Positions 14,579-21,907 of a DNA stretch of 52,374 nt are shown piece by piece (the stretch's first letter is position 1; every line of letters begins with the position of its first letter). This stretch comes from a virus: IMG/VR virus record IMGVR_UViG_3300045988_166745; one strand, given 5' to 3'. The position numbers were made by a program, and so were the translations under genes. The notes beneath the pieces were generated by a model. That model saw nothing but the letters and a program-made list of their open reading frames with translations, was not told the DNA's origin and did not search any database.

Positions 14579-15277
14579 TTAATTTGAAGATAGGTATAGT
14601 TTATTGTCGAAATATTCTTTCATACCGTCTAAAATTCCTTTAAGAAACAATGTGGTTTGTTCTTTGATATTATTTAAATCTTCAATTGTGTAATCTCTTC
14701 CGCATTCAACAAAAGATTGTGTACCATGTGCAAGATTATTTCTTTTTTCTTTAACATCATCCAATACAATGCCACCTTTGCAATTCGGATCAATATTGAA
14801 GGTGATTCCGTGTTCACGGCATACTTGCCGTATTTTCTTCGCATCTAGATTTCCACTAATATTTGTGGCTTTGCGATCAAGTATGAGTTTCTCTCCATGT
14901 AAAATAGAATTAATTATTCTTTCTGCTTTTTCTCTGTACGTATTATAATGTGCCTGTTTATCATATGCTTCGTTAAATTTAAATCTAAACCAAATTTTTT
15001 GAATTTCCTGTCGGACTTGTTGATATGTGATTCCTTCTTGTTGTAGTTCGTCATATATCTCTATAATACCGCCCATAATCGTTGATTCAACAAGGTTATA
15101 AATCATGAGTAACGCATTGGATTTCAATATTTTTAAAAAATCGCCATTAAAATACTTTTTGTTATATTTGTCATTATCTGATTTTAAAGTTTCATCTTCA
15201 TAAAGTGCGTTAAGTGCAGCGTAATATAAATCAATTTCTTGGATGCGTTCATTAAAAGTATCAATCGTTTCCTGCAT
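14579..15277 (-). CDS. HEPN-domain protein (MAE_28990/MAE_18760-like family)
   Basis: Start MQETIDTF after GGTGGTG. Rx4H motif in VKEKRNNLAHGTQ. ILKSNALLMIYNLVESTI is typical of this HEPN family. Overlaps the DUF262 gene by 17 nt. Confidence 0.7.
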   Translation of the reverse strand: MQETIDTFNERIQEIDLYYAALNALYEDETLKSDNDKYNKKYFNGDFLKILKSNALLMIYNLVESTIMGGIIEIYDELQQEGITYQQVRQEIQKIWFRFKFNEAYDKQAHYNTYREKAERIINSILHGEKLILDRKATNISGNLDAKKIRQVCREHGITFNIDPNCKGGIVLDDVKEKRNNLAHGTQSFVECGRDYTIEDLNNIKEQTTLFLKGILDGMKEYFDNKLYLSSN

Positions 15278-16313
15278 TTGTTTCACCACCCAATAGCATA
15301 TCACGAACATACTCCACACGTCCTGACACACGAGAAGGCGAATTACTTGCGTGGGTTGTAGTGTGCATTTTAAATTCTTCGCTGCCGAGCCACTCCATAG
15401 AACTAGGAATTAAACTTGGATTTTCCCTCAAAGCTAAACCTACTCCAACGGCAATTGCTTCAAACCGTACTCGTGGAGTTGATTTTGATGTTTTTGTCTT
15501 TTTGAAACCGTTTTCAAAATACTTATCTACAAAAGCCAGCATATTTTCGAATTCCATTTTAAACTTTTTTTGGTCAAAGCTATCCTTAACACTTTCTACA
15601 TAAGAGTCTAAAAATTCATCTACTCGATGATTAAAATTTTTGTAGTTATTTAAAAATGCGAAAAACCTTAACACCAATTCAAGGTCATCATATCGTTTTT
15701 TAGAAGTTTCACTTACTGGACACACTCTAATGAAAGTTGAATTTTTAGTACACTCTTTAAGGAAATCCATAAAAGGACCAGCATGACTACCACGACGAAT
15801 TTCACTTGGATTAGCACGAATACCAGTAGTATTAATTCTATTAAATATTTCTTGACGAATTTCAAGTGTAGTTTCATCTGATAATACAACTATTCGCATT
15901 GTAGTTTTATTGAATTTTCGTTTAAAGTATTCTGGTAAATCTGCATAGGTGAACCCATTTAGAGTAGTTAGCTTTTTTAGATCAGAGAGCTTAAGTTCAT
16001 TATTCATGAATTCTTCTAATGTCTGTGTACGTTGAGCACCATCTATTATCTCGCATCTCCCATCGTCAGCATCTGAAAAAAACATAAAAGGAATTGGAAG
16101 ACCTAATAGTATTGATTCAATGAAACGGTTTTTATTTTGGCTTTCCCATATATATTGTCGTTGATATTCATCAGGAATATAAAATTCATTTTCTCTATAT
16201 TGTTGAACCAAAAAGTCAATTGCGTAATCTCGTGTATCATAATCAATTTCTTTTCTTAATGCTTTTATTTGATTTTCAGCATTTTTTCGTTGCTCCGGTG
16301 TGATTGATTGCAT
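15261..16313 (-). CDS. DUF262 (ParB/GmrSD N-terminal-like) protein
   Basis: 350 aa. …YQRQYIWESQNKNRFIESILLGLPIPFMFF…IIDGAQRTQTLEEF (DGQQR-type motif). No DUF1524/HNH region is present. Confidence 0.8.
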   Translation of the reverse strand: MQSITPEQRKNAENQIKALRKEIDYDTRDYAIDFLVQQYRENEFYIPDEYQRQYIWESQNKNRFIESILLGLPIPFMFFSDADDGRCEIIDGAQRTQTLEEFMNNELKLSDLKKLTTLNGFTYADLPEYFKRKFNKTTMRIVVLSDETTLEIRQEIFNRINTTGIRANPSEIRRGSHAGPFMDFLKECTKNSTFIRVCPVSETSKKRYDDLELVLRFFAFLNNYKNFNHRVDEFLDSYVESVKDSFDQKKFKMEFENMLAFVDKYFENGFKKTKTSKSTPRVRFEAIAVGVGLALRENPSLIPSSMEWLGSEEFKMHTTTHASNSPSRVSGRVEYVRDMLLGGETNAGND

Positions 16314-16314
16314 A

Positions 16315-17364
16315 TTAATTTACCCCCATTTCATTAAGATGCTTTTGGATACTTATACCTATTGCTCTGCCTAATTCAACTGGTACAGCATTTCCAATGT
16401 GAACTCCCAATTCTCTTCTATTAAATGCCGATTCATTTTCTACAAATTTATAATTTGCAGGAAAGGATTGTAATAATGCTCCTTCTCTAAAGGATAAAGC
16501 TCTATGTTGTTCGGGATGACCAAACCGTCCATTCCCATAACCATAAAATTGCGTAGTTATTGTTGGAGAAGGTTCATCCCATTTCATTCGACCATATACA
16601 GCTCCATAACTTCTTCCGGTTTTCTTTTTATGACAACTTAATTGCAAATCATCACTCCAGTCCTTCCAAGTTCCACCGGGAATTGAACTACGTATTCTTT
16701 TCAAATTTATTTCAGACATTTTAGCAGTACAATGGATCACATCATTACGGTCACATTCTCCATCCGCTAATGGTGGAAGCTTGCCTATTGCATCTCTTAC
16801 AGTTAAATAATTAGATTCATTATGTGTTGGGGCAATTAAATTAATATCATTCAATTGTGAAGCCAACAATACAAGGCGTTTTCGACGTTGAGGGACTCCA
16901 TAATTGGGACAATAAACAATTTCCCAAGAGCAATGGTAATTAGACGCTTTAAGGTGGTTTATAAAATCGACAAAAACGGATTCCTTAATCAATTCTGGAA
17001 CGTTTTCCATTGATACAATTGTTGGCTGTATTCTGTCAATAAGATTTGAAAATGCGTATAATAGACGCCATTTATCATCCTTATGTCCTTCTTTTCGGTA
17101 GCGTTGAGTGTATTTTGAAAAAGGCTGACATGGAGCACAGCCAACTAGAATTCGTAAGTCATTGCTAGGGTATAGCGAAATCAGACTATCAGAATTAATA
17201 GTGTTAACATCTCCAGCAATGAACTGTGAATGGCTATTGGCTTCGTATGCATATCGACATGATTCATCAAGGTCAATGCCTGCAATTACATTTAATCCTG
17301 CTAATTCCAAACCTTTAGTTAAACCACCAATTCCGCAAAATAAATCTACAACAGAAGCCGGCAT
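16315..17364 (-). CDS. DNA (cytosine-5)-methyltransferase
   Basis: Motifs DLFCGIGG (I), GCAPCQPFS (IV), SMENVPEL (VI), VPQRRKRLVL (VIII), GNAVPV (X). Its stop is 1 nt from the DUF262 start. Confidence 0.9.
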   Translation of the reverse strand: MPASVVDLFCGIGGLTKGLELAGLNVIAGIDLDESCRYAYEANSHSQFIAGDVNTINSDSLISLYPSNDLRILVGCAPCQPFSKYTQRYRKEGHKDDKWRLLYAFSNLIDRIQPTIVSMENVPELIKESVFVDFINHLKASNYHCSWEIVYCPNYGVPQRRKRLVLLASQLNDINLIAPTHNESNYLTVRDAIGKLPPLADGECDRNDVIHCTAKMSEINLKRIRSSIPGGTWKDWSDDLQLSCHKKKTGRSYGAVYGRMKWDEPSPTITTQFYGYGNGRFGHPEQHRALSFREGALLQSFPANYKFVENESAFNRRELGVHIGNAVPVELGRAIGISIQKHLNEMGVN

Positions 17365-17379
17365 TGTTTATCCCCCCCC

Positions 17380-17595
17380 TTATTCTTCATCTTTCATGAA
17401 TAGAAGATACGTTTCGACTCCAAGTGCATCCGCTATTTTTTGAATGTTGTCTAAGGCTATGCTACGTTTACCACATTCAATAGCACTGATATATGTTCTA
17501 TGTAAGCCAGCCATATCAGCAAATTTTTCTTGAGATACTCCAAGTATCTTTCTGTATTTTCTAAGATTATGTGAAAATACCTGAATTGCATCCAT
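17380..17595 (-). CDS. Controller (C) protein-like XRE HTH regulator
   Basis: 71 aa. LGVSQEKFADMAGLHRTYISAIECGKRSIALDNIQKIADAL resembles R-M controller proteins. It is the first gene of the operon. Confidence 0.7.
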   Translation of the reverse strand: MDAIQVFSHNLRKYRKILGVSQEKFADMAGLHRTYISAIECGKRSIALDNIQKIADALGVETYLLFMKDEE

Positions 17596-17613
17596 GTGCA
17601 ACACCTCTTTTTT

Positions 17614-17642
17614 ATTATACCACATTGACTACAATAAGTCAA
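17614..17642 (-). promoter_or_regulatory. Consensus promoter of the C-M-DUF262-HEPN operon, with a C-box-like dyad
   Basis: The minus strand reads TTGACT-TATTGTAGTCAATGTGG-TATAAT. The palindrome TTGACTTATTGTAGTCAA has GACT…AGTC half-sites, and CTTATTGTA is directly repeated just upstream. Confidence 0.7.
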
Positions 17643-17783
17643 CATACAATAAGTAACAGTTGCGAAAATGAACCTCTGATCTATTCTTTTTTATTTTTGC
17701 TTATATCTTTTTGTTACAAACCATAAACTACACAAATTACCAAAAAGTCGTTTGTGTACTGTTACAAACATCTCCAAACTAGC

Positions 17784-17812
17784 TTGACTATAGGTTTAAC
17801 TTATGGTATACT
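17784..17812 (+). promoter_or_regulatory. Promoter of cassette B (paralogue of 11791-11819)
   Basis: TTGACT-17 nt-TATACT. The spacer holds ATAGGTTTAACTTAT, a degenerate copy of the cassette A dyad. Confidence 0.7.
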
Positions 17813-17876
17813 GTGTACAGTGGATTAGGGGAGAACCTAGCCACGAATACCGGGGCAAGACGAGAAAGGAGGAAGC
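17813..17876 (+). promoter_or_regulatory. Conserved structured 5' leader of cassette B
   Basis: GUGG-AU-UAGG-GGAGAA-CCUA-G-CCAC, then GAAUACCGGGGCAAG … GAAAGGAGG. Confidence 0.5.
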
Positions 17877-18005
17877 ATGAAAGAGGACATGACACGGCTT
17901 GAACTTTTGACGCTTTTGCTTTCCATCAAAGCACTTTTGGAGAGTGACAACAAAGAAAAAGCCCTTGAACTGATTGACGAGGTCATTAAAGAGGCAAAGA
18001 AATAA
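17877..18005 (+). CDS. Small helical protein of cassette B (42 aa)
   Basis: AAAGGAGG lies 5 nt upstream of the ATG. Sequence MKEDMTRLELLTLLLSIKALLESDNKEKALELIDEVIKEAKK. Below the ORF-track size cutoff. Confidence 0.5.
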   Translation: MKEDMTRLELLTLLLSIKALLESDNKEKALELIDEVIKEAKK

Positions 18006-18046
18006 GGTCGATTGAAACCAACCGACCTTGAAACGAAACAACAAAG

Positions 18047-18068
18047 GGCGGACTTGCCACCGCCTTTT
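18047..18068 (+). terminator. Hairpin plus T-run ending cassette B
   Basis: GGCGG-acttgcca-CCGCC-TTTT, followed by the conserved GCTACAACTATTATATCACG…TTGGCAAGA as in cassette A. Confidence 0.5.
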
Positions 18069-18113
18069 GCTGCTACAACTATTATATCACGCTTTGTCCT
18101 ATTTGGCAAGAAG

Positions 18114-18157
18114 AAATCCCTGCATTCGGAGAAAAACTCCGGTGCAGGGATTTTTTT
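18114..18157 (+). terminator. Strong intrinsic terminator
   Basis: AAATCCCTGCA…(CGGAG-aaaaa-CTCCG)…TGCAGGGATTTTTTT. Confidence 0.8.
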
Positions 18158-18180
18158 GCGTTCATTTGAATTTTCAAGAG

Positions 18181-18220
18181 GGGGTTCGATTTTTCGACCC
18201 TTTTTTCGACTGTATTTATG
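18181..18220 (+). promoter_or_regulatory. Conserved 40-bp motif, copy 1 (candidate alternative-sigma promoter)
   Basis: GGGGTTCGATTTT-7 nt-TTTTTTCGACTGTATTTATG. The same blocks with identical spacing occur at 29036-29075. Confidence 0.45.
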
Positions 18221-18272
18221 ATGGTGAACCTTTCTGGGTCACTACAAAATTTAGATACGGGAGGAAACCGAA

Positions 18273-18686
18273 ATGACGCATGGTCAAAAGGAGCAAATTG
18301 ACACTTTGCGAGAGCAAGGAAACGGCTACAAAAGAATTGCTGGTATTCTTGGGGTGTCTGTAAATACAATCGCCTCTTATTGCAGGCGAAAAACAGCAGT
18401 GTGTCCTTGTTGTGGTGCTGCTTTAGTGATGACACCCAAGCATCGAAAAAAGAAGTTCTGTTCAGATGCGTGTCGTTTGAAATGGTGGTATGCCAATTCA
18501 GAAAAGCTGAATAAGAAAGCAAATTATGATTGTACCTGTCAATTTTGTGGAAAGGTGTTTGTAAGCTATGGCAACAAAAACAGAAAGTACTGCTCACGCA
18601 GCTGCTACGGCAAATCAAGAAAAAGTCTGGGACAAGATCATGCAGTACAAGGCAGCGGTGCAAATTTTGAAAACGCTTCTTGCTGA
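18273..18686 (+). CDS. Sigma-70 region-4-like HTH plus zinc-ribbon protein (recombinase-associated)
   Basis: GGGAGG RBS. EQIDTLREQGNGYKRIAGILGVSVNTIASYCRR, then CPCCG…FCSDAC and CQFCGK…YCSRSC cysteine pairs. Confidence 0.7.
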   Translation: MTHGQKEQIDTLREQGNGYKRIAGILGVSVNTIASYCRRKTAVCPCCGAALVMTPKHRKKKFCSDACRLKWWYANSEKLNKKANYDCTCQFCGKVFVSYGNKNRKYCSRSCYGKSRKSLGQDHAVQGSGANFENASC

Positions 18687-18795
18687 ACGAAAAATAACAG
18701 AAGAAGATTATCAGCGTGTGCATGGCATCTTAGCCAAGGAATGCGATATAAACTCGTGCAGTATATTCCTTGACTCTCGTCCGATCATACGGTAA
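18568..18795 (+). CDS. Small helical protein upstream of the recombinases (SHOCT-like; start uncertain)
   Basis: …QEKVWDKIMQYKAAVQILKTLLAERKITEEDYQRVHGILAKECDINSCSIF. Overlaps the previous ORF by 119 nt in another frame. An alternative start is at 18640. Confidence 0.5.
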   Translation: MATKTESTAHAAATANQEKVWDKIMQYKAAVQILKTLLAERKITEEDYQRVHGILAKECDINSCSIFLDSRPIIR

Positions 18796-18831
18796 TATGT
18801 CATCGGAAAGGGGGAGGTTATCACGGCACGA

Positions 18832-20124
18832 GTGATACAAAAAGTTGTATTTCCGCAGAAAAAGCAGTTTCCATTGAAACGAACGGCAGCCTATGCCAGA
18901 GTATCCAGCGGAAAGGATGCCATGCTCCATTCGCTATCATCACAGGTCAGTTACTACAATCAGCTGATTCAGAGCAATCCAGAATGGCTGTTCTGCGGTG
19001 TTTATGCAGATGAGGCACTGACCGGAACAAAAGGAAACCGGGCAGAGTTTCAAAAGTTGCTGAACCGATGCAGACAGGGAGAAATTGACTTGATTCTGAC
19101 AAAGTCTATTTCTCGTTTTGCACGAAACACGGTTACCCTGCTGGAAACGGTACGGGAACTGAAATCGCTGGGCGTTGATGTCTATTTTGAGGAACAGCGG
19201 ATTCATTCCATGAGTTCAGACGGCGAACTGATGCTTTCCATTCTGGCATCCTATGCACAGGAGGAGAGTTATTCAGCCAGTGAAAATCGAAAATGGCAAA
19301 TCCGAAAGGATTTCTCAATCGGAAAAATCGGTAGTATTACGATTTTGGGCTATCGCAGAAATGCAGAGGGAGTCTTGGAAATCGAACCGAATGAGGCAGA
19401 ACTTGTTCGCATGATTTTCTCAGATTATATTTCCGGTATGGGACAACAGAGAATCGCAAATAAGATCAACGAGATGGGAATACCAACTCGACAAGGGAAC
19501 CTATGGACAAACCCAAGAATTCGTGAAATTCTGACAAATGAAAAATACATCGGAAATCTCATGCTCCAAAAGTACTATCGCAATAACCATATCGAAAAGA
19601 AAAAAACGAGAAATCAGGGAGAACTTCCGAAATATTATGTAGAGGAAGCCCACGAGCCAATTATTGACCTTGAAACGTTTGCCAAAGCACAGGCTATATT
19701 GGCTCAGCGACATGAGCAATACACCCATGATGGTGCTACAAACCGTTATCCGCTTAGTGGTCTTATTACCTGTGGATTATGCGGAAAGAACTATCAACGA
19801 AAACAACTCCCACAGGGAATCATCTGGATGTGTGCCACTTTCTTGAGGCGAGGAAAAAAGTACTGCCCCGGTTCAAAGCAAATTCCGGAATCAATTCTAT
19901 ATGCTCTAATCTGTGATGTACTTAAATTGGATGAATTTGATGCGGCTGTATTTCGAGATAACATTCATCACATTGTGATTCCGAAACCGTTTGAGGTGCA
20001 GTTTTTCTTTCACGATGGAACATCTGATATACGGCATTGGAAATACCCATCAAGGGCAGAAAGCTGGACAGAGGAAATGAAACAAGCCGCACGAGAAAGG
20101 AATCAGAAATGGGTCGAAAAGTAA
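18832..20124 (+). CDS. Large serine recombinase 1
   Basis: Resolvase catalytic domain (AAYARVSSGKD…DLILTKSISRFARN…ESYSASENRKW), a recombinase domain and a zinc-ribbon region (CGLCGKNY…). The GTG start is uncertain. Confidence 0.85.
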   Translation: MIQKVVFPQKKQFPLKRTAAYARVSSGKDAMLHSLSSQVSYYNQLIQSNPEWLFCGVYADEALTGTKGNRAEFQKLLNRCRQGEIDLILTKSISRFARNTVTLLETVRELKSLGVDVYFEEQRIHSMSSDGELMLSILASYAQEESYSASENRKWQIRKDFSIGKIGSITILGYRRNAEGVLEIEPNEAELVRMIFSDYISGMGQQRIANKINEMGIPTRQGNLWTNPRIREILTNEKYIGNLMLQKYYRNNHIEKKKTRNQGELPKYYVEEAHEPIIDLETFAKAQAILAQRHEQYTHDGATNRYPLSGLITCGLCGKNYQRKQLPQGIIWMCATFLRRGKKYCPGSKQIPESILYALICDVLKLDEFDAAVFRDNIHHIVIPKPFEVQFFFHDGTSDIRHWKYPSRAESWTEEMKQAARERNQKWVEK

Positions 20125-21686
20125 CTGTAATACCGCCAACAATCAGTCTACAAACGCACCAGCCGACAACACAGAAAGTAAGGCGAAAAGTTGCCGGATA
20201 TGCACGTGTTTCTACAGATTTTGAGGAGCAGCTCACTTCCTACGAGGCACAGGTCGATTATTATACCAAGTATATTCAAGAGCGTGAGGACTGGGAGTTT
20301 GTCAAAGTCTATACCGATGAGGGCATCAGTGCAACCAGCACAGTGCATCGTGATGGATTCAATCAGATGGTGGCAGACGCTCTGGACGGCAAAATCGATT
20401 TGATTGTCACCAAGTCAGTCAGCCGGTTTGCACGAAACACCGTAGATTCCTTGACTACGGTGCGAAAGCTGAAAGAAAAAGGCGTGGAGGTGTTTTTTGA
20501 AAAAGAGGACATTTACACGCTGGATTCCAAAGGTGAACTGTTGATCACCATTATGTCCAGTCTGGCACAGGAGGAGAGCCGTTCCATTTCGGAGAACGTC
20601 ACTTGGGGGCAGAGAAAGCGTTTTGCCGATGGGAAAGTAAGTCTACCATACAAGCATTTTCTGGGGTATCGAAAAGGAGCGGATGGCTTGCCGGAAATTG
20701 TGCCGGAGGAGGCAGAAACTGTTCGCAGTATTTATCGCTGGTTTATGGAGGGCATGACACCATATAAAATCGCTTGTATTTTGATTGAAAAAGGCATTCC
20801 GACACCATCTGGGAAGGAACAGTGGCATCTCAGTACGGTGAAAAGCATTCTGACCAATGAAAAATACAAGGGTTCTGCTCTGCTGCAAAAGAAATTTACT
20901 GTGGATTTTCTTACGAAAAAGACCAAAGTGAATGAGGGTGAAGTACCCCAATATTATGTGGAAGAGAGCCACCCTGCTATTATTCCACCTGAGGAATTTG
21001 AATTGGTGCAGGCGGAAATGGCAAGGAGAAAAGAACTGGGAAAACGCTATCACAGCGGCAATATATTCACAGCCAAAATCGTCTGTGGCGAGTGTGGCGG
21101 TTTTTACGGTCCTAAGATTTGGCACTCTAATAGCCGTTACAGACGTGTGATATGGCGATGCAACAAGAAATATACGAATGATTGTTATTGCAAAACGCCG
21201 CATATTGATGAGGATACGATAAAGCAAGGCTTTTTGAAAGCCTATAATCAGCTACTTACTGATAAAGGGAGCATTTTGAGTCTTTGCGAGATGTTGCTGC
21301 GTGCTTTTTCAGACTGTTCAGATTTGGATGCGAAAATGAGTGTTCTGGATGATGAGGAAAAGCAGATCACAAAAAACATAAGAGAAATGGTTGTGATCAA
21401 TAGTCGAACGGTTCAAAAGCAACCAGAATATACGCTGGAGTACCAATCCTATGAGCGGGAGTACGAGGCGTTGAAAGCAAAATATCAGAAATTGCAGGCT
21501 GAAAAATTAGATCGCATAAATAAAACCACTGTGATCCAAGATTTCATGGAGCAGATAAAAAAGAGAAAAGAGCCGATTAAGGTTTTCAGTTCGGACGTAT
21601 GGCTTGCTGCAATTGAAACAGTGACCATCTGTGAAAAGGGAGAATTGCAATTTCGGTTTAAAAACGGTACTGAAATAACAGTTTGA
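20109..21686 (+). CDS. Large serine recombinase 2
   Basis: Start ATG 20109 overlaps gene 1 by 16 nt. AGYARVSTDFEEQ…DLIVTKSVSRFARN…ESRSISENVTWG, CGECGGFY zinc ribbon and a C-terminal coiled coil. Confidence 0.9.
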   Translation: MGRKVTVIPPTISLQTHQPTTQKVRRKVAGYARVSTDFEEQLTSYEAQVDYYTKYIQEREDWEFVKVYTDEGISATSTVHRDGFNQMVADALDGKIDLIVTKSVSRFARNTVDSLTTVRKLKEKGVEVFFEKEDIYTLDSKGELLITIMSSLAQEESRSISENVTWGQRKRFADGKVSLPYKHFLGYRKGADGLPEIVPEEAETVRSIYRWFMEGMTPYKIACILIEKGIPTPSGKEQWHLSTVKSILTNEKYKGSALLQKKFTVDFLTKKTKVNEGEVPQYYVEESHPAIIPPEEFELVQAEMARRKELGKRYHSGNIFTAKIVCGECGGFYGPKIWHSNSRYRRVIWRCNKKYTNDCYCKTPHIDEDTIKQGFLKAYNQLLTDKGSILSLCEMLLRAFSDCSDLDAKMSVLDDEEKQITKNIREMVVINSRTVQKQPEYTLEYQSYEREYEALKAKYQKLQAEKLDRINKTTVIQDFMEQIKKRKEPIKVFSSDVWLAAIETVTICEKGELQFRFKNGTEITV

Positions 21687-21726
21687 TTCTGAATCGCAGC
21701 ATTATTAATTTTTCACATAAAACGAA

Positions 21727-21761
21727 AAGCAGATTTGTAACATTACACAAATCTGCTTTTT
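21727..21761 (+). terminator. Intrinsic terminator after the recombinase genes
   Basis: AGCAGATTTGT-loop-ACAAATCTGCT-TTTTT. Confidence 0.8.
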
Positions 21762-21764
21762 TGT

Positions 21765-21793
21765 CTTGACTTTGCGAGAAAAATAGTGTAATA
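21765..21793 (+). promoter_or_regulatory. Promoter heading the non-coding/early region
   Basis: TTGACT-17 nt-TAATAT. Confidence 0.6.
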
Positions 21794-21907
21794 TAGATTA
21801 CAAGCAAAACGAATGAATCCGGTGTTCCGGGTTTGTCAAAGGCAGTGGTTACCCACTGCACACCTTTTCGGTACTGTTTGCACACCCCTTGCAAAGGGAG
21901 TGCATGA

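Noticed and set aside
18181-18200. GGGGTTCGATTTT resembles a tRNA T-arm, so it was considered as a possible tRNA gene or tRNA-derived att core. The same sequence occurs at 29036
   Set aside because: There is no complementary T-stem and no acceptor or anticodon arms around either copy. The conserved partner block (TTTTTTCGACTGYATTTATG) is not tRNA-like. No tRNA gene was recognised anywhere in the window.
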